From NCBI RefSeq assembly GCF_006345805.1, contig NC_043000.1:13826001-13890000 (forward strand): 64,000 nucleotides of DNA, in the 5' to 3' direction. The first letter of the stretch is position 1. Each line of letters begins with the position of its first letter. Source of the DNA: Octopus sinensis (taxonomy: Eukaryota). The notes beneath the pieces were generated by a model, which was not told the DNA's origin, did no database searches, and saw only the letters and a program-made list of their open reading frames with translations. This document shows, piece by piece, positions 51,410 through 63,839 of this stretch. Both the position numbers and the translations under genes were made by a program.

Positions 51410-52860
51410 GGCACAGACTGTGTAGTAAGACGATAAAAAGTTTGCTTCCCATCCACATGATTTTGAGTTCAGACCCACTGTATTACACCCTATGCAAGTG
51501 TTGTCTACTATAGCCCCAAATTACCAATGCCTTATGAATGGATTTGGTAGATGGAAACTGGAAGAAGCCCATCTTGTGTGTGTGTGTGTGTGTATTAGTA
51601 TTGGAGGGATTGTGAAAGAAATAGTAGTCCAGAAAGGAGGAGATAATGCAGGGAAGTATAGGAAGGGTGGGGAGCAGCATTGTAATAAACCTGAGACAGA
51701 AGTCAAATCATGAAAAGGAGTGCATGGAAGTTCAAGAAACTTACAACCAGTAATAGCTCCAGGGATTAAATGAGATGATGCCTAACAAGATTTAGGAGGA
51801 AATTGTAAATTATAACAGATGACAGCTGGGAGTTACTGCAGGGCAACCTCCTGAATGCAATGGACCAAATCTGTGACTGGTGCAAGATCCTTGCCAAAAA
51901 GATAGCATCATGGTGGTAGAATAGCTCTCTCAATTGGACCATAAAGGCTTGATATATGCTTGGGAAGACTGAAATTAAAGAAAGAGAGCAGCAAAAAGCA
52001 ACATCAAACCATGAGAAGAGAGGCTAGTTGCCAGGTATATTTTGCGAGGGAAGGAGCCCAGAGTGAAAAATTTATCAGTGTACTAAGATCACAGGCCTAA
52101 AGTATTTGGAATTGCATGGTGGTATATAAGAGAAAATTGAGATGTCATTGGCAGTAGAAATGCATATGGAATGATAATAGCACTCTTGATCTCATAGACA
52201 TTGAAAAGAAAAAGACATGGAAAGTGCTATTACAAAAGGTTGTTAAATGAGGTGAAGGCATAGAAGAAAGAAGATCTGCTCCAAGTTGACCTAACATTCA
52301 GTCCAACTAGTCATGTTGACAGCAGTATGGTGGATAGAGGAATAAAGGATATGAAAGCAAGGATGGCACTTGGTCTTTCAGGAATTACTACTGAAATGTT
52401 TAAAATGTCTGTTGGAACATGACATGGACTAATCAGCTGCATATTAAATCGGGTATTACAGTAGAGTGTCATACCCAATGACTGGAATAGCAGTCAACTG
52501 GGAGATGCACTGCAGAGAAAACTACAGTGGTATTAAACTGTTAGAATAGGTTATGAAAGTTGCCAAAAGAGTAATAGCACTATTTATTGATGGGAATTAA
52601 CATAGTTGCAGTGGAGCTTGGGTTTGTGCAAGGATGAAGTACTACTGATGCTAGGGATGCAACAGTTGCAGAAGAAACATCTTTCTTGCAACAGCTGCAG
52701 CAGAAACATCTAATCAAGAGTAGTTCCTTGGACCTGGCATTTGTTAATGTAGAGAAGGCTTTTGATAGGGACCTATACTCTGTGATCCAATGGTCTATGA
52801 AGAAGCTTGGGGTAGACGAATGTCTGTTGAGAACTATACAAGCTCTGTGTGTGTGAGTGT
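51410..52860 (+). mobile_element. SINE family A head followed by old RTE LINE remnant
   Basis: SINE head at 51410-51595. RT-region similarity (ATACCCAATGACTGG, GACCTGGCATTTGTTAATGTAGAGAAGGCTTTTGATAGGG) to 12790-13170. Confidence 0.75.
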
Positions 52861-54029
52861 ATAAGTATGTATCTTTAGGCATGTACATGACATGTATATG
52901 TGCATATATTCATATGGATGTGTGTGTGTATATATATATGTATGTATATTCACACTCACACACTGTCAAAGCTACATCTTTAGTCTCCTTGACAGCCTTC
53001 CTTCCATCTTAAATGCATTAGCACTCACCTCCTTTTATCATGCATCTCTCTTATTGCTCATCTATCTATTACCACTCTCAGCCATGTCTTCATCACTCAT
53101 GCCTCTAGTGCTCAAGTCTTCATTATTATCTCCTATTTCCATTCTTATTGTACTATGTTGTTGATGTGACTAAGGATAGCAGTGACTCTCTCTGGTTTGC
53201 TATATATTGTTTCCAGTGTAACTAACAATACCAATGGGACTTATCTGATCTTCTCTCCAACACTTTCTCTCTCTTTTATCTTTATCATCCTAGCACTCTC
53301 ACCATCTTGATGTATATTCTGAGGTAACCTCATCAAACCTACATGAACCCCATACATTTTACCTATATTTCTTCCTGGTCATTTAGTATTGACATCCGTT
53401 GTTCATTCTCGACATTCAGCTTCCTCTTCCTATCTATCACTCTCTCAACACACTCTAATGCTGGCACCATGATAAAATACACCTAGTACACTGTTAATTG
53501 TGGGGTTGGGAGGATCCTTTGGTTTTGTCAAAAACATAACAACCTCTGTAGTGGTGCCAAGAAGAAATGCACCCAGTTTGTTCTGTAAAGTGGTTGGTGA
53601 ACTTTACAAACAGAAATGAAACAGCATTAAATTAAGATCTCCACTTGTGTATCATACTAAACATATATGTCATTGAAAGGCATGATGCTGTAGGTTTTGT
53701 CTGAGAGAAAATCTCTTTGCTGATATATTGTATTAAAAAATATTGGTGTAAAGCAATCATCATTGCAGCAGTGACTCATGAGAATAACTGACATGTTCTG
53801 CCCTACAGCTTGGTTTGTCATGCTGAGTTTTTTACAGTCTAGCAAGTTTTCCACAATATCATGTATTATTCACTGTTCCCCATGTATCAGAGCATGAATT
53901 TCATCTTACCAAATGACAAATGGACGCACAGCATTGACAAGCTCCAATTAGGGTGAAATGCATCTTCCATTCTTGTAATTCACTGTTGTAATGATGTTTG
54001 TCCTACTCCTATATATATTGTTTGAAAAT

Positions 54030-54870
54030 AAACCTCTGTACTTGGCTTTCGTTGACATGGAGAAAGCTTTTGATAGGGTCCCCTGCTCCCTTATCTGGTG
54101 GTTCATGTAGAAGCTAGGGATAGCTAAGTGGTTAGTGAGAGCTGCACAAACCATGTTCAGGGATGCTACCAGTAAGGTGAAGGTTGGTAACGAGTATAGC
54201 AATGAGTTCTCAACCCCCTCTTGTTTATCTTAGTCCTGCAGGCCTTAACAGATGAGTTCAAGACCAGCTGCCCCTGGGAGCTCCTCTATGCTGATGACCT
54301 TGTTCATATAGCTGATCTAGAGAAGAAATTTCAGGTGTAGAAGCACAGCTTGAAATATAAGGATCTTAATGTTAATTTAGCAAAAGCCAAAGTCCTAGTA
54401 AGTAGAAAACAGACAAATTACAAGTCCCTTCTGGGAAGTGGCCCTGCTTGATATGTAAGAAGAATGTTAGTAGAAATTCCATATGTTGTACCCAGTGCAA
54501 GCTTTGGATACAAGAGGTGTAGTAGTATCACAGGAAGATTAACTGAAGAAATAGTCTTTTTGTGTAGCAAATGTGCAGGTACAATAAGCACTAAAAATGC
54601 ATAGACAATAGACTCCCTCAAATGCTTGGGGTGATCATTAGAAATAATAGATAGCTTCTGTTACCTTGGAGGCCAAGTTAACAGTGAAGGTGGAAGTTGC
54701 TAGAATAAGAAAGGGCTGGGCAAATTTCAGAAAGTTTCTACCTTTGTTGGTAACAAAGGGCCTCTCACTCAGAGTGAAAGGCAGATTGTATGAATGCCTG
54801 TGTACATGCAGTTATGTTTCATGGCAATGAAACATGGGCTTTGACTACAGTTCTTGCAAAGGCTTGAAAG
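54030..54870 (+). mobile_element. Old RTE LINE RT/PHD remnant
   Basis: FVDMEKAFDRVP, WELLYADD and WPCLIC..NSICCTQCKL; colinear with 13060-13960. Confidence 0.9.
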
Positions 54871-54889
54871 AAATGAGCAGTGAAGAAAA

Positions 54890-55200
54890 GAGGCCTTACA
54901 ATGAGGATTATCGTCCACACTTAACTTAACAAATAAATGGTCCTGTCAGAGGGCTCTGGTCAACCTGGGCAATGTGATGTGGACTCTTTCCCCTCTCTGG
55001 TGAAATCACCCTATTAACTGTAGAAAGCGGGATCCCAAGGTTTTCTGCGATTTCACACTAAGTTCGCTTGCAGATTGACCCACAATATGGCCTCTTTGAA
55101 ATTTGGACTGTTCCACGGCATCTTTTGCACATGGCATGATTAAACAGTCACATATAGAACCCAAAACATAAAAATGTCAATAAAAAATGTAAACCTTTAT
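54890..55200 (-). mobile_element. Tc1-like transposase 5' remnant
   Basis: MPCAKDAVEQSKFQRGHIVGQS...ENLGIPLSTVNRVI (frameshifted). Confidence 0.7.
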
Positions 55201-56057
55201 CACGTTAAAATAAACATAACACAAGGCTTTATGGCATGTCTATTTACTTCTGTCATGGCTGTGTATATAAATATGTATATAGCCATGTGATTGAGTCTGA
55301 AGGCCTGGTCAATACAGGATATTAAAGTTTTCTCACATGTACAAATTTTAAGTGTGGGTAGTTTTAAGTATGCTAAATTAAAGTAAAGTTAATAGTGATT
55401 GTTTAGTTCCAGGATATCCTTGATTATGGGTTAAATGCATTTCAGCTACAATTTTCTGTTTTTTTAAATACCGAGAACTACATTGAGTAATGTATTCTTC
55501 CTATTTTAAATGATAGGATATGGTCATTTGAGGGAGATTTTGGTTGCTATTTATTGCAGCTCAAGCAACCACATAGAAGATCAGTGACTCAAATCAAGAT
55601 AATTTTTCTGAAAGAAGTTATGAGAAAGAGGTATCAAAGGAAATCTCATACTCTTTTCTTGTTATCAACATAGTCTTTTGGTTTATATTCAATGTGAGAA
55701 TACTCTATCATAGCTGCTCATGCTGGGGTTCCAAGCCATTAATTTGATTAGTTTTGTCTCTAGCCCTCATTCTGTAAAGTTGAGTTTACAACCTCTCTCT
55801 CCTTCATCACCAAAGAGAAACAAGTGGACCTGTCACAGAGTTTCTTATTTTCTCCCATAAACAGTGTGACCCTAAGCTGGAACTTACCATGGATATCAAT
55901 CACAACTTAGGACACTGCATCATGCATTTCCATATCTCCAAGATTGGTAACATTTCTGGTTGCCTGCTAAAACCTCTTGCCTTCCTATCTCAAAAAGAAT
56001 AAAGACATCACCAATGACCGCCTTCTTTATCATTTTGAGTAACTTAATCTATCTCCC

Positions 56058-56310
56058 GTGGAGGAGCATGGCTTAGTGGTTAGGGTGTCAGCATCATGGT
56101 CGTAAGATTGTGGTTTCAATTACAGGACAGGGCAACGCGTTGTGTTCTTGAGCAAAACACTTCATTTCACGTTGCTCCAGTCCACTCAGCTGACGAAAGA
56201 GAGTAATGTTGTGATGGACTGGCGTCCCATCCAGCTGGGGAACACATACGCCATAGAAACCAGGAAACCGGGCCCATGAGCCCTAGACTTTAAAAGAGTG
56301 CATTTATTTT
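56058..56310 (+). mobile_element. tRNA-derived SINE family C
   Basis: tRNA-like head (GGCTTAGTGGTTAG...GGTTTCAATTAC), central GTGTTCTTGAGCAAAACACTT domain, TGTGATGGACTGGCGTCCCATCCAG 3' domain and T-rich tail. Confidence 0.75.
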
Positions 56311-57939
56311 TATTTTTTCAATCTATCTATTAACAGCCAGTATTTTTTTTTAGAGCTAGAGCAATTATTTTTTCTTAAGTTACAAACCAGTGGTCATAGA
56401 GAAAGCTTTGTTGCTCATGACAACAAGGCTTTTGACTATACCTGTACAAGAATCTCTTGCATAAATTGTTTATTTTTTGGCTCCATTTACCCTTCATTAA
56501 ACTGACTAGGAATCCTCAACATGGTCACTTGACCTGCTGGTCAACCCACATTCTACTATCTTAAATAAGTAAAGGACAGACTAGATAATGTAGAATTAGG
56601 ATGATTACAGCTTGTATTCCTTTACTGATAGGTCTGCTTGATCAGGGTTCACCTGGAGGTAAATAAAACAAGATCTAATCTCTTATATTGGAAGTTTCTT
56701 ATCAAATCATGTATCAAGAGGGCTTTCTCCACTGTCCAATTCCATCAGGTTAGATGAACCTACCTCGGAGTTCAGTTATTGCTAACATCACACCCTCCTA
56801 TCAACTCCCTCTCATTTCTTAGTATTTTTCTTATGAGCTTCATACACATTCACCAAATAATGCCCCTGTAAATGAACATTTCAAAACTGTAAGGGCACGA
56901 TCACTACACATACCAAGAAAATGCATATACATCATACTTTCCCTACTCACGAACAAGAATATACAGCTAAAGCTTATAAACTCTCTACAAGCTCTTGACC
57001 TCTGGTCACCTTTCATAACAACAACAACAACATAGCTATAGTATAGCGAAGAGCTAGTCAAGACTGCATCTCAAAGGCTAAGCTCCCTGTTTGGGGGCTA
57101 TAAATTATTTCAGCTTTAAACAGCTGCTGACCTTATGATGTACAAGTGCATCTTTGTATTGCTCACTTAATTGGTTCAGTGCTGCTGCCACTCAAAAGCA
57201 TGTCAAGAGAAAGGCCACACAACTGGTAGATGGTAGACAAACCTTTACTCACCAACACATGACCACTCACTCACTAATGTAGTGTTTATTTTCCTTCCTT
57301 CTCTCACCCTCTCTCCTGCTTACTGCAACAACAATAGTTTCTGTTAGCCTTGCAATATAAGCATTTCTCTCTCCTTTTTTTTTTTTAAAAGATCTACTAA
57401 AGACGACTTGTTTGAGTACTATTTTCTCTATAAGGGTTTTGGATTAGCGATTGTATTTATGTTTATAAAAAGAGAGGAAGGTTAGTTTGTTAGTGAGAGA
57501 GTGGATTATGCTCTTACTATACTGATGCATATGTTTTACAAGCACATGGAAAAGGAAGCAGGATTCTGCAGCTACATGCAGCTTGAAATCTGATCTATTT
57601 TTAAGTGAAAATTATAAGAGTTGTATTTTACTGCATCAATAAAAGTTGTCCTCAGATATTCTGCTCCTAAGAAAGGCCTTAAAATTAAAGGGAGTGAACT
57701 GTCAGGTACTGTTGAAATATTTAAAAATACGTATTACATAATATTTTTTTTTTTTACATTATTACTTTCTTCATAGTAAAAAAATATTGTATGAAGCTAC
57801 CTAATTTTTTTCTTTCTTTTTTTTCACTATTATTGTTGTTACTATTTATCTTGTTTCTTTCCTTTACTTTTTCACTTTGAAAATACTGATAGTATACAAT
57901 TTTTTAAAAACATTCTAAAAGTATTATTGTTATTCTTAA

Positions 57940-58836
57940 GGCAGTTGATAGGTGAATTAGTAAAGTGTTGGACAAATGCGTCGCTATATTTGTTACTTTA
58001 CGTTTGGAGTTCGAATCCCGATTGTTTAGTTTCATTCTTACTGGGGTCGTTTAATCAATAATGCTTCTCCTTCAAAATATATATCCTTGTGCCTGTATTA
58101 AATTTTTTTTTTTTTAATAATTGTTTCTGATTTACGTACAAGGCCTGCAATTTTGAGGGGTGGTATAAATCGAGACCACCAACCCTAGTTTTTTTCTGGT
58201 GCTTTATTTTATCGACCCCCAAAGAGATGAATGGCAACGTTGACATCGGCTGGATTTGAACCCTGAGCGTATAAGAATCACGATCAAATACTGAAAGGCA
58301 TTGAAATTGTGTGGGAGGTGGGGCAGTCGATTACATCGACCTCATTGCCCTACTGGTACTTATTTTATCGACCCCGAAAGGATGAAAGGTGAAGACGACC
58401 TCGGCGGAATTTGAACACAGAACGTAAAGGCTCAGGAGAAATGCCGCTAAACATTTTGTCCGATGCGCTACCGATTCTCGCAACTCACAGTAATAATAAT
58501 AATAATAATAATCCTTTCTACGAAAGGCACAAGGCCTGAAATCCGGGGGTGGGGGTGGACTAGCCAGTTACATCGACCTCATTGTTTCACTGGTACTTAA
58601 TTTATCGACCCCGAAAGGATAAAAGGCAAAGGTCGACCTCGAAGGAAAATAATAATAATAATAATAATACTGCAGCGAGTGAAGTAGCAGAAATGATAGT
58701 GTCAGCGTAGCAATGTTTTTATTTTAATCCCTACACATTCTGTGTTCAGATTCCATCAGGTCCGCTTTGGCCTTTTATCCCACCAGGGTTGCCGATAAAA
58801 TAAAGTACTAAAGAGGGAGTCGACTGAATCAATCAC
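57940..58836. mobile_element. Cluster of about five SINE family B copies in mixed orientation
   Basis: Plus copies at ~57945-58060 and ~58670-58836; minus copies at ~58085-58300, 58310-58490 and 58510-58650. Most CpGs retained. Confidence 0.85.
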
Positions 58837-58884
58837 CTGTGACGCCGCTACAAACGTAGGTACATGTGCACCGCGAGAAGTCAT
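58837..58884 (-). CDS. Candidate first coding exon (MTSRGAHVPTFVAASQ)
   Basis: ATG at 58884, donor CAG|gtgatt, CpG-rich unique sequence, TATA box upstream. Confidence 0.3.
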
Positions 58885-58904
58885 CGCTATAATAATAATT
58901 GTTG

Positions 58905-58960
58905 GCCGAGGAAGACAGAATAATACCAACTGCATCCTTTTATACACGCTAGGTATAAAC
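58905..58960 (-). promoter_or_regulatory. Candidate TATA-containing core promoter
   Basis: Minus-strand TATAAAAG (58944-58937) lies ~30 nt upstream of a pyrimidine initiator-like TTCTGTCTTCC. A plus-strand TATAAA is at 58954-58959. The region is CpG-rich. Confidence 0.35.
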
Positions 58961-60016
58961 TCCCTGTTTTCAGTGTAACTTTTATTAGGTTTGACTTTAC
59001 TTTTATCTCTGCAGGCTATATATATAATAAATACCTTAATACTGTGAAGTTGGTTTAATTAACTTTATTCCTACAATTGTACGTGACTGAAAGAAATAAT
59101 TATTACTGTTCTTATTCGGGTGGTGGAAATTTTACTTTTTCATTAGTTTTCACAGTTAAGTAAATAAAAGCCAACAAATTTATACTTTAAATGCAATGTG
59201 TGTGCGTATAAATTATGTATTCAACTACATAAATGCAAGGCGAAAATAAATGTAAACAATTTCATTTCTTGTATTTAATGAGTATTATCTTTCTCACCGT
59301 GTACCCGTGTATGTATGTTATATGTACATGCGCGCGTGTATATATATATGGATGTACGTGTTGTGTGTGATTTTTAGGTGGTTTTCCTTTTTTTTTTTTT
59401 AATTCGGTGTGAAATACCTTAACTAACATAAATAATTAGTCATTAAAATATAGTTCTGTACTATCTATTGTAATGAATAGTCATACCTTCACACAGACTA
59501 ATTTAATCTTATGATCAGTGTGTTTACAATGTGTTTAGTAGGATCTAGAAAGTGACACAACATTTAGTCAAACAGCTGTTCATTAAACTGCAATGTATCA
59601 ACAGTTGTATGTTCATAGTTTGTTTTTACACATTGACCAGCAAACATGACAAATTAAAAAAAAAAAATTAAAAAAATGTCCTCCACACATATTAGCACTT
59701 GATTTTGGAAAGACTGTACACTCCCTCATTCACCTTGTTGGCCTAGAATCAGTTTGCACTGCACAGAATTAGCTATGCAATCATACTGCTCACTCATTTT
59801 TAACTGTTGATCTCGCTGAACACACTCCTTGCTTTTAACTGCATTAACAAGCCAATGGCCTACTTTTGCAGGAATTGTTAAAGTGCACCTGACCTGTCAG
59901 TAGCAGTGGTGGAGTGGGCAGGCAGGCAAGCAGGATAGCTAGCTGGGGGATGGGCTGGATGGTTGGTTGCCTAAATGAATGCAAGCCACCCAGTAAGAGT
60001 ACAGATAACCGCATAA

Positions 60017-60065
60017 TTAACCATGCAGCAGCAGCAACAGTAGCTGTTGCTGCTTGCATGGTTAA
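60017..60065. other. Near-perfect hairpin/palindrome
   Basis: TTAACCATGCAGCAGCAGCAACAG-tag-CTGTTGCTGCTTGCATGGTTAA gives 22 bp with one 2-nt bulge. Confidence 0.85.
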
Positions 60066-63000
60066 AAAGAAATTGCTTTATGTGTGCAGCAATACTACTG
60101 TCAACAACAAGTCTATACACACAGCAGTAGCAGCAGTTAGAGTCTCTGCTGCATCATCACAGTTTCTGTCCTGCTCACGGAGGAAGCATATTAACCTGAC
60201 TGAGCAACTTAACAATGCTTATTCACTTGCCTTCTGCCCAGCTGCAAACCTTTCATTGCAAAGCAAGGCAATAAAGTAGTCCTGATCAACACACTAAAGA
60301 AAAAAAAAATCTCGAATATTTACATTATCAATCATCTTTTTCAGTAAATCTCAACTCTGTATTCATGTTCTGTTTCTATTAGTTGAGCGGTAAGTAAACA
60401 CTTAGCAACAAATTATTAACTTTCTTTCTTGATGTTATAGTTTCTTGTGTTTTTTTTATTGATTTTTTAAAAAAAGGAATTGATAATGGGTCGTATGTGT
60501 GTATAAGCGCGTGCGTGTGTGTTTGTTTGTATGTATCTCTCTCTCTCTCTATATATATACACATATATATATATGTATGTATATAAACTTTCTGACTGAT
60601 TTTGTCACTGAATGTTACTCAGTAAACTCTCTTGTTAGTGTTGTTATCTACTTTTTTTTCCTTCCTCCTCTCACTACCTACTCTATTCCTAGCATATCAA
60701 TAGATTGTTTAAATTTCGCTTGGTCTCTTAGTCCCCGATACTTTTTTTGTCTGAATTCTTTTTCGTTTGTTTCTGTTTTTTCTCTTTTTTTTTTAAACAT
60801 GTCATGTCTCATACTGACATTCCACTAAAATAGTTATTTGTAGTCTACTTTAAATATATAGTTCCACTCTGGAAACCAACCTTACATACAATAAAAGCTC
60901 GTTTTCTCATAACTCGCAACTAGGTTGTTGTAATGTGTAAAAGATAAGTTGTTTTTTTTCAGCCTATATATTTTACTTTATGAGAATAACATCTACGTGT
61001 TTCCAATGAACTGTTTATATATATAAAAAGGAAAAGAATGAACGGAGTAGGGCCAGTGTTAGTGTTTAAGGTGTGGGTATAGATGAAGAATTAGAGATGA
61101 AGAAACTGTAACACACATGCACACGTGTCTGCTCTACTTACTTCCTGTAATTATCTGATGCTGTTACATAACAATTACTAATTTGGGGGTCTCTCTCTTT
61201 CCTCCCCTCTCTTCTCTCTTTCGTACACCCAATTACTTTCATTCAACATCAAAGGAAAAGAGAATCCAAATTATTTTTGCTTCGTTTTACTTTTCATAAA
61301 TATTTTGTTTACCTGTTTAGTGCTTAATAATTTTCTGGTATACTTGTGGTTATAATGTAATTTAACCAGAACTATTTTCTTTGAGTAAAAAAATACTTTT
61401 AGATCCACTCACTACAGTTACATTAATAATAACATTTTCAAATATTTATTTAACTAGATTTTAAAAATTTATTTATATCGTTTTAATGAAAAGAACCTTC
61501 TCTAATCTAAGTATTTTAGGAGTGTTGTTTAATTTACCTCTAAACATGACATGTGGGAGTGTATGAACCAGAAATGTTTTTGTTACAATGCTATTTGACC
61601 GGATATTTTCTAAACTTTGCAAATTCAACTTTTTGCTTGCTAATTAATATACTCACTGGTTAAAAATATGCTAATCATTTATTAGTGCTATATTTTCATG
61701 TGAAGTTTTAGTTGTTTTGGGGGAGGGGGATATGTCACTGTTTTTATCTGCACACACCAAAAACAAAAAAAAAAAAAGAATTAAAAAACAAACTTTCTCT
61801 GTTAAGAAAATTCTGTGCTTTGTTTACTGGTGGTAGCAAAAAGTGTTCTCAGTTGTCCAGCAGTCAGCTGATCATTACTTTCTTATTGCTGTTGGTGGTG
61901 GTTATTAGCTGATGCTACTTGTATCTGAATGCTTCCACATTACATGAAAAGAATTTGGTGATCAACATTTTAACAAATGTTCACACAAGTCTAAATAATA
62001 TGCTGAAAGTAATTTGATATTTAGCAAAAAAAAAAAAAAAAAAGTAAAAGTACATTTGAATTAAGTTGAAGGTTTAATAAACAGAACCAGCTGTTTGTGA
62101 TGTGTTTGAAATAAACTGACCTTTTTTTCTACACTTTAAAAAAAAAAAAAAATTGAGTTTTTTTTTTTTTTTACCGTCAGAGTCACTACAATATCTGGAA
62201 GCATTATATTGGAATGTTAAAAAAAATACCTTAATCATACAGTAAGTTTTTCTTTAAAAAAATAATTTCTTATATGATTTAGAAACTTTTGATTAAAAAC
62301 TAAGTAAACATATCTTAAAAGCAGATTCATTGAACTAATTTTATTTCTGTGCTGTTAAAAATGCTATTAACTTGTTTTTTATTTCCTATGCAAAAACAAG
62401 TTTGAAAAGAAAGTACCATCATATAGGGTAGTGAGAGAGATAGTAATTTAAAGGCTTCTACACTTGGTTGATAATGTAACCTAGCTGTTACAAATCAGTT
62501 TTATACACTCGGCATAAGTTATTGTAGATAAGGTTTAAAACAAAATTTACTTTTCATACATAGACTATTTCTATACCTACATAAGCAAGCACACTTGTGT
62601 GAATGAGTGTGTGTGTAATAGTTTCTGACAGTAAAGCAAGGGTTTTATAATCAACATTAAATATAAGTACTTTTGTAAAAATCACGAAAAATCGTTGTTT
62701 CATTATTTAGAGTTTTAACAAAAGAGCTATTACACACTCATACACTAGCAGACGAAGTAAATTTTCTGTAAGCTGAGATTGGTTAATTTACTCTAGTATA
62801 CAGTTTAGGCACCGTCTTATTTTCATTTAGTATTTGTTTTTCTATATTTGCACGAGGTTAATGATTTTGCTTCGCTTGATTTATCCATTTCTAAGCTGCA
62901 CAAACGATGTGTTTAAGTAGATTGAAAATGTTTATAAAGTAGATGCCCTTCTTGATGTTGTGAGGAGGAGATAAATAAAACTGATGATGGCAACAATTGT

Positions 63001-63839
63001 TAATAAAACTGAGCAATGAAATAATGCAAATACAGAGAAGTTACACTAATATTATGCAACAATAGTCTGCAGAACATTAGTAATATCTTAAACTGCTGCC
63101 ACATGCAACTATCAGATGCATGTAGATATATGCAGCTATTTAAATGGTTCCCATCTATTTCTTATTAGTTCTTGAAAACATGACATCCTTTTTTTTGTTT
63201 TGTTTTTATGCTTAGTGTTAAGTGGGATGGTCTAAAATTAGTATGGACATTTGTATTTTATTAAAGGGAGTGTTTTTAGAGCCAGATGTTTGTTAAGCTA
63301 GAGCGGCTCCTATTTTTCTATGAGCAAGGCCAATTTAGCAGAGTAATGTGCCTTCCCTGTAGATCATAACACAACGACTGTAATGAGGCTTGAACTCAAG
63401 TATGTTTGACCAGTAATGCAACGCCTTACTTTGGGAAAAATAATCCTAAAAGCTTAGTTTTTGTAAGATCTATCCATTGACTTTACAAAAATCAATTTAT
63501 CAACATTCTCCTATACTTGTCTTGCACTTTATAAAAGTTTAAATTTGCAAATTATTTTGTCAATTCTGACATAATAATTTCAATGTTAGCACCTGTTCCT
63601 TTTACCGGAGCATGTCTTCTGCTGTCAGCTTCAACCTTTTCCATTATATATTAGCATTATAAAAGTTTTCCCTCATTCAAAAAAACTTTTCACCACTAAT
63701 TTTTATGACTTCCTCGTACATCAATCCCTTTTTTTTATATGGTGTGTACCCTGGAATAATAGCATGAATCAAGTCTGTGAATGCATCCAGATAGTTCATT
63801 TACTTGACTAGTTCTCTCAGGAAAGTTATGATGATTATC

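Noticed and set aside
53657-53920. Minus-strand 65-aa ORF as a host exon
   Set aside because: In-frame stop just upstream and no good splice sites; possibly a very old transposase remnant.
59914-60279. 121-aa ORF
   Set aside because: Low complexity, no recognisable domain, no splice or start support; more likely UTR or regulatory sequence.
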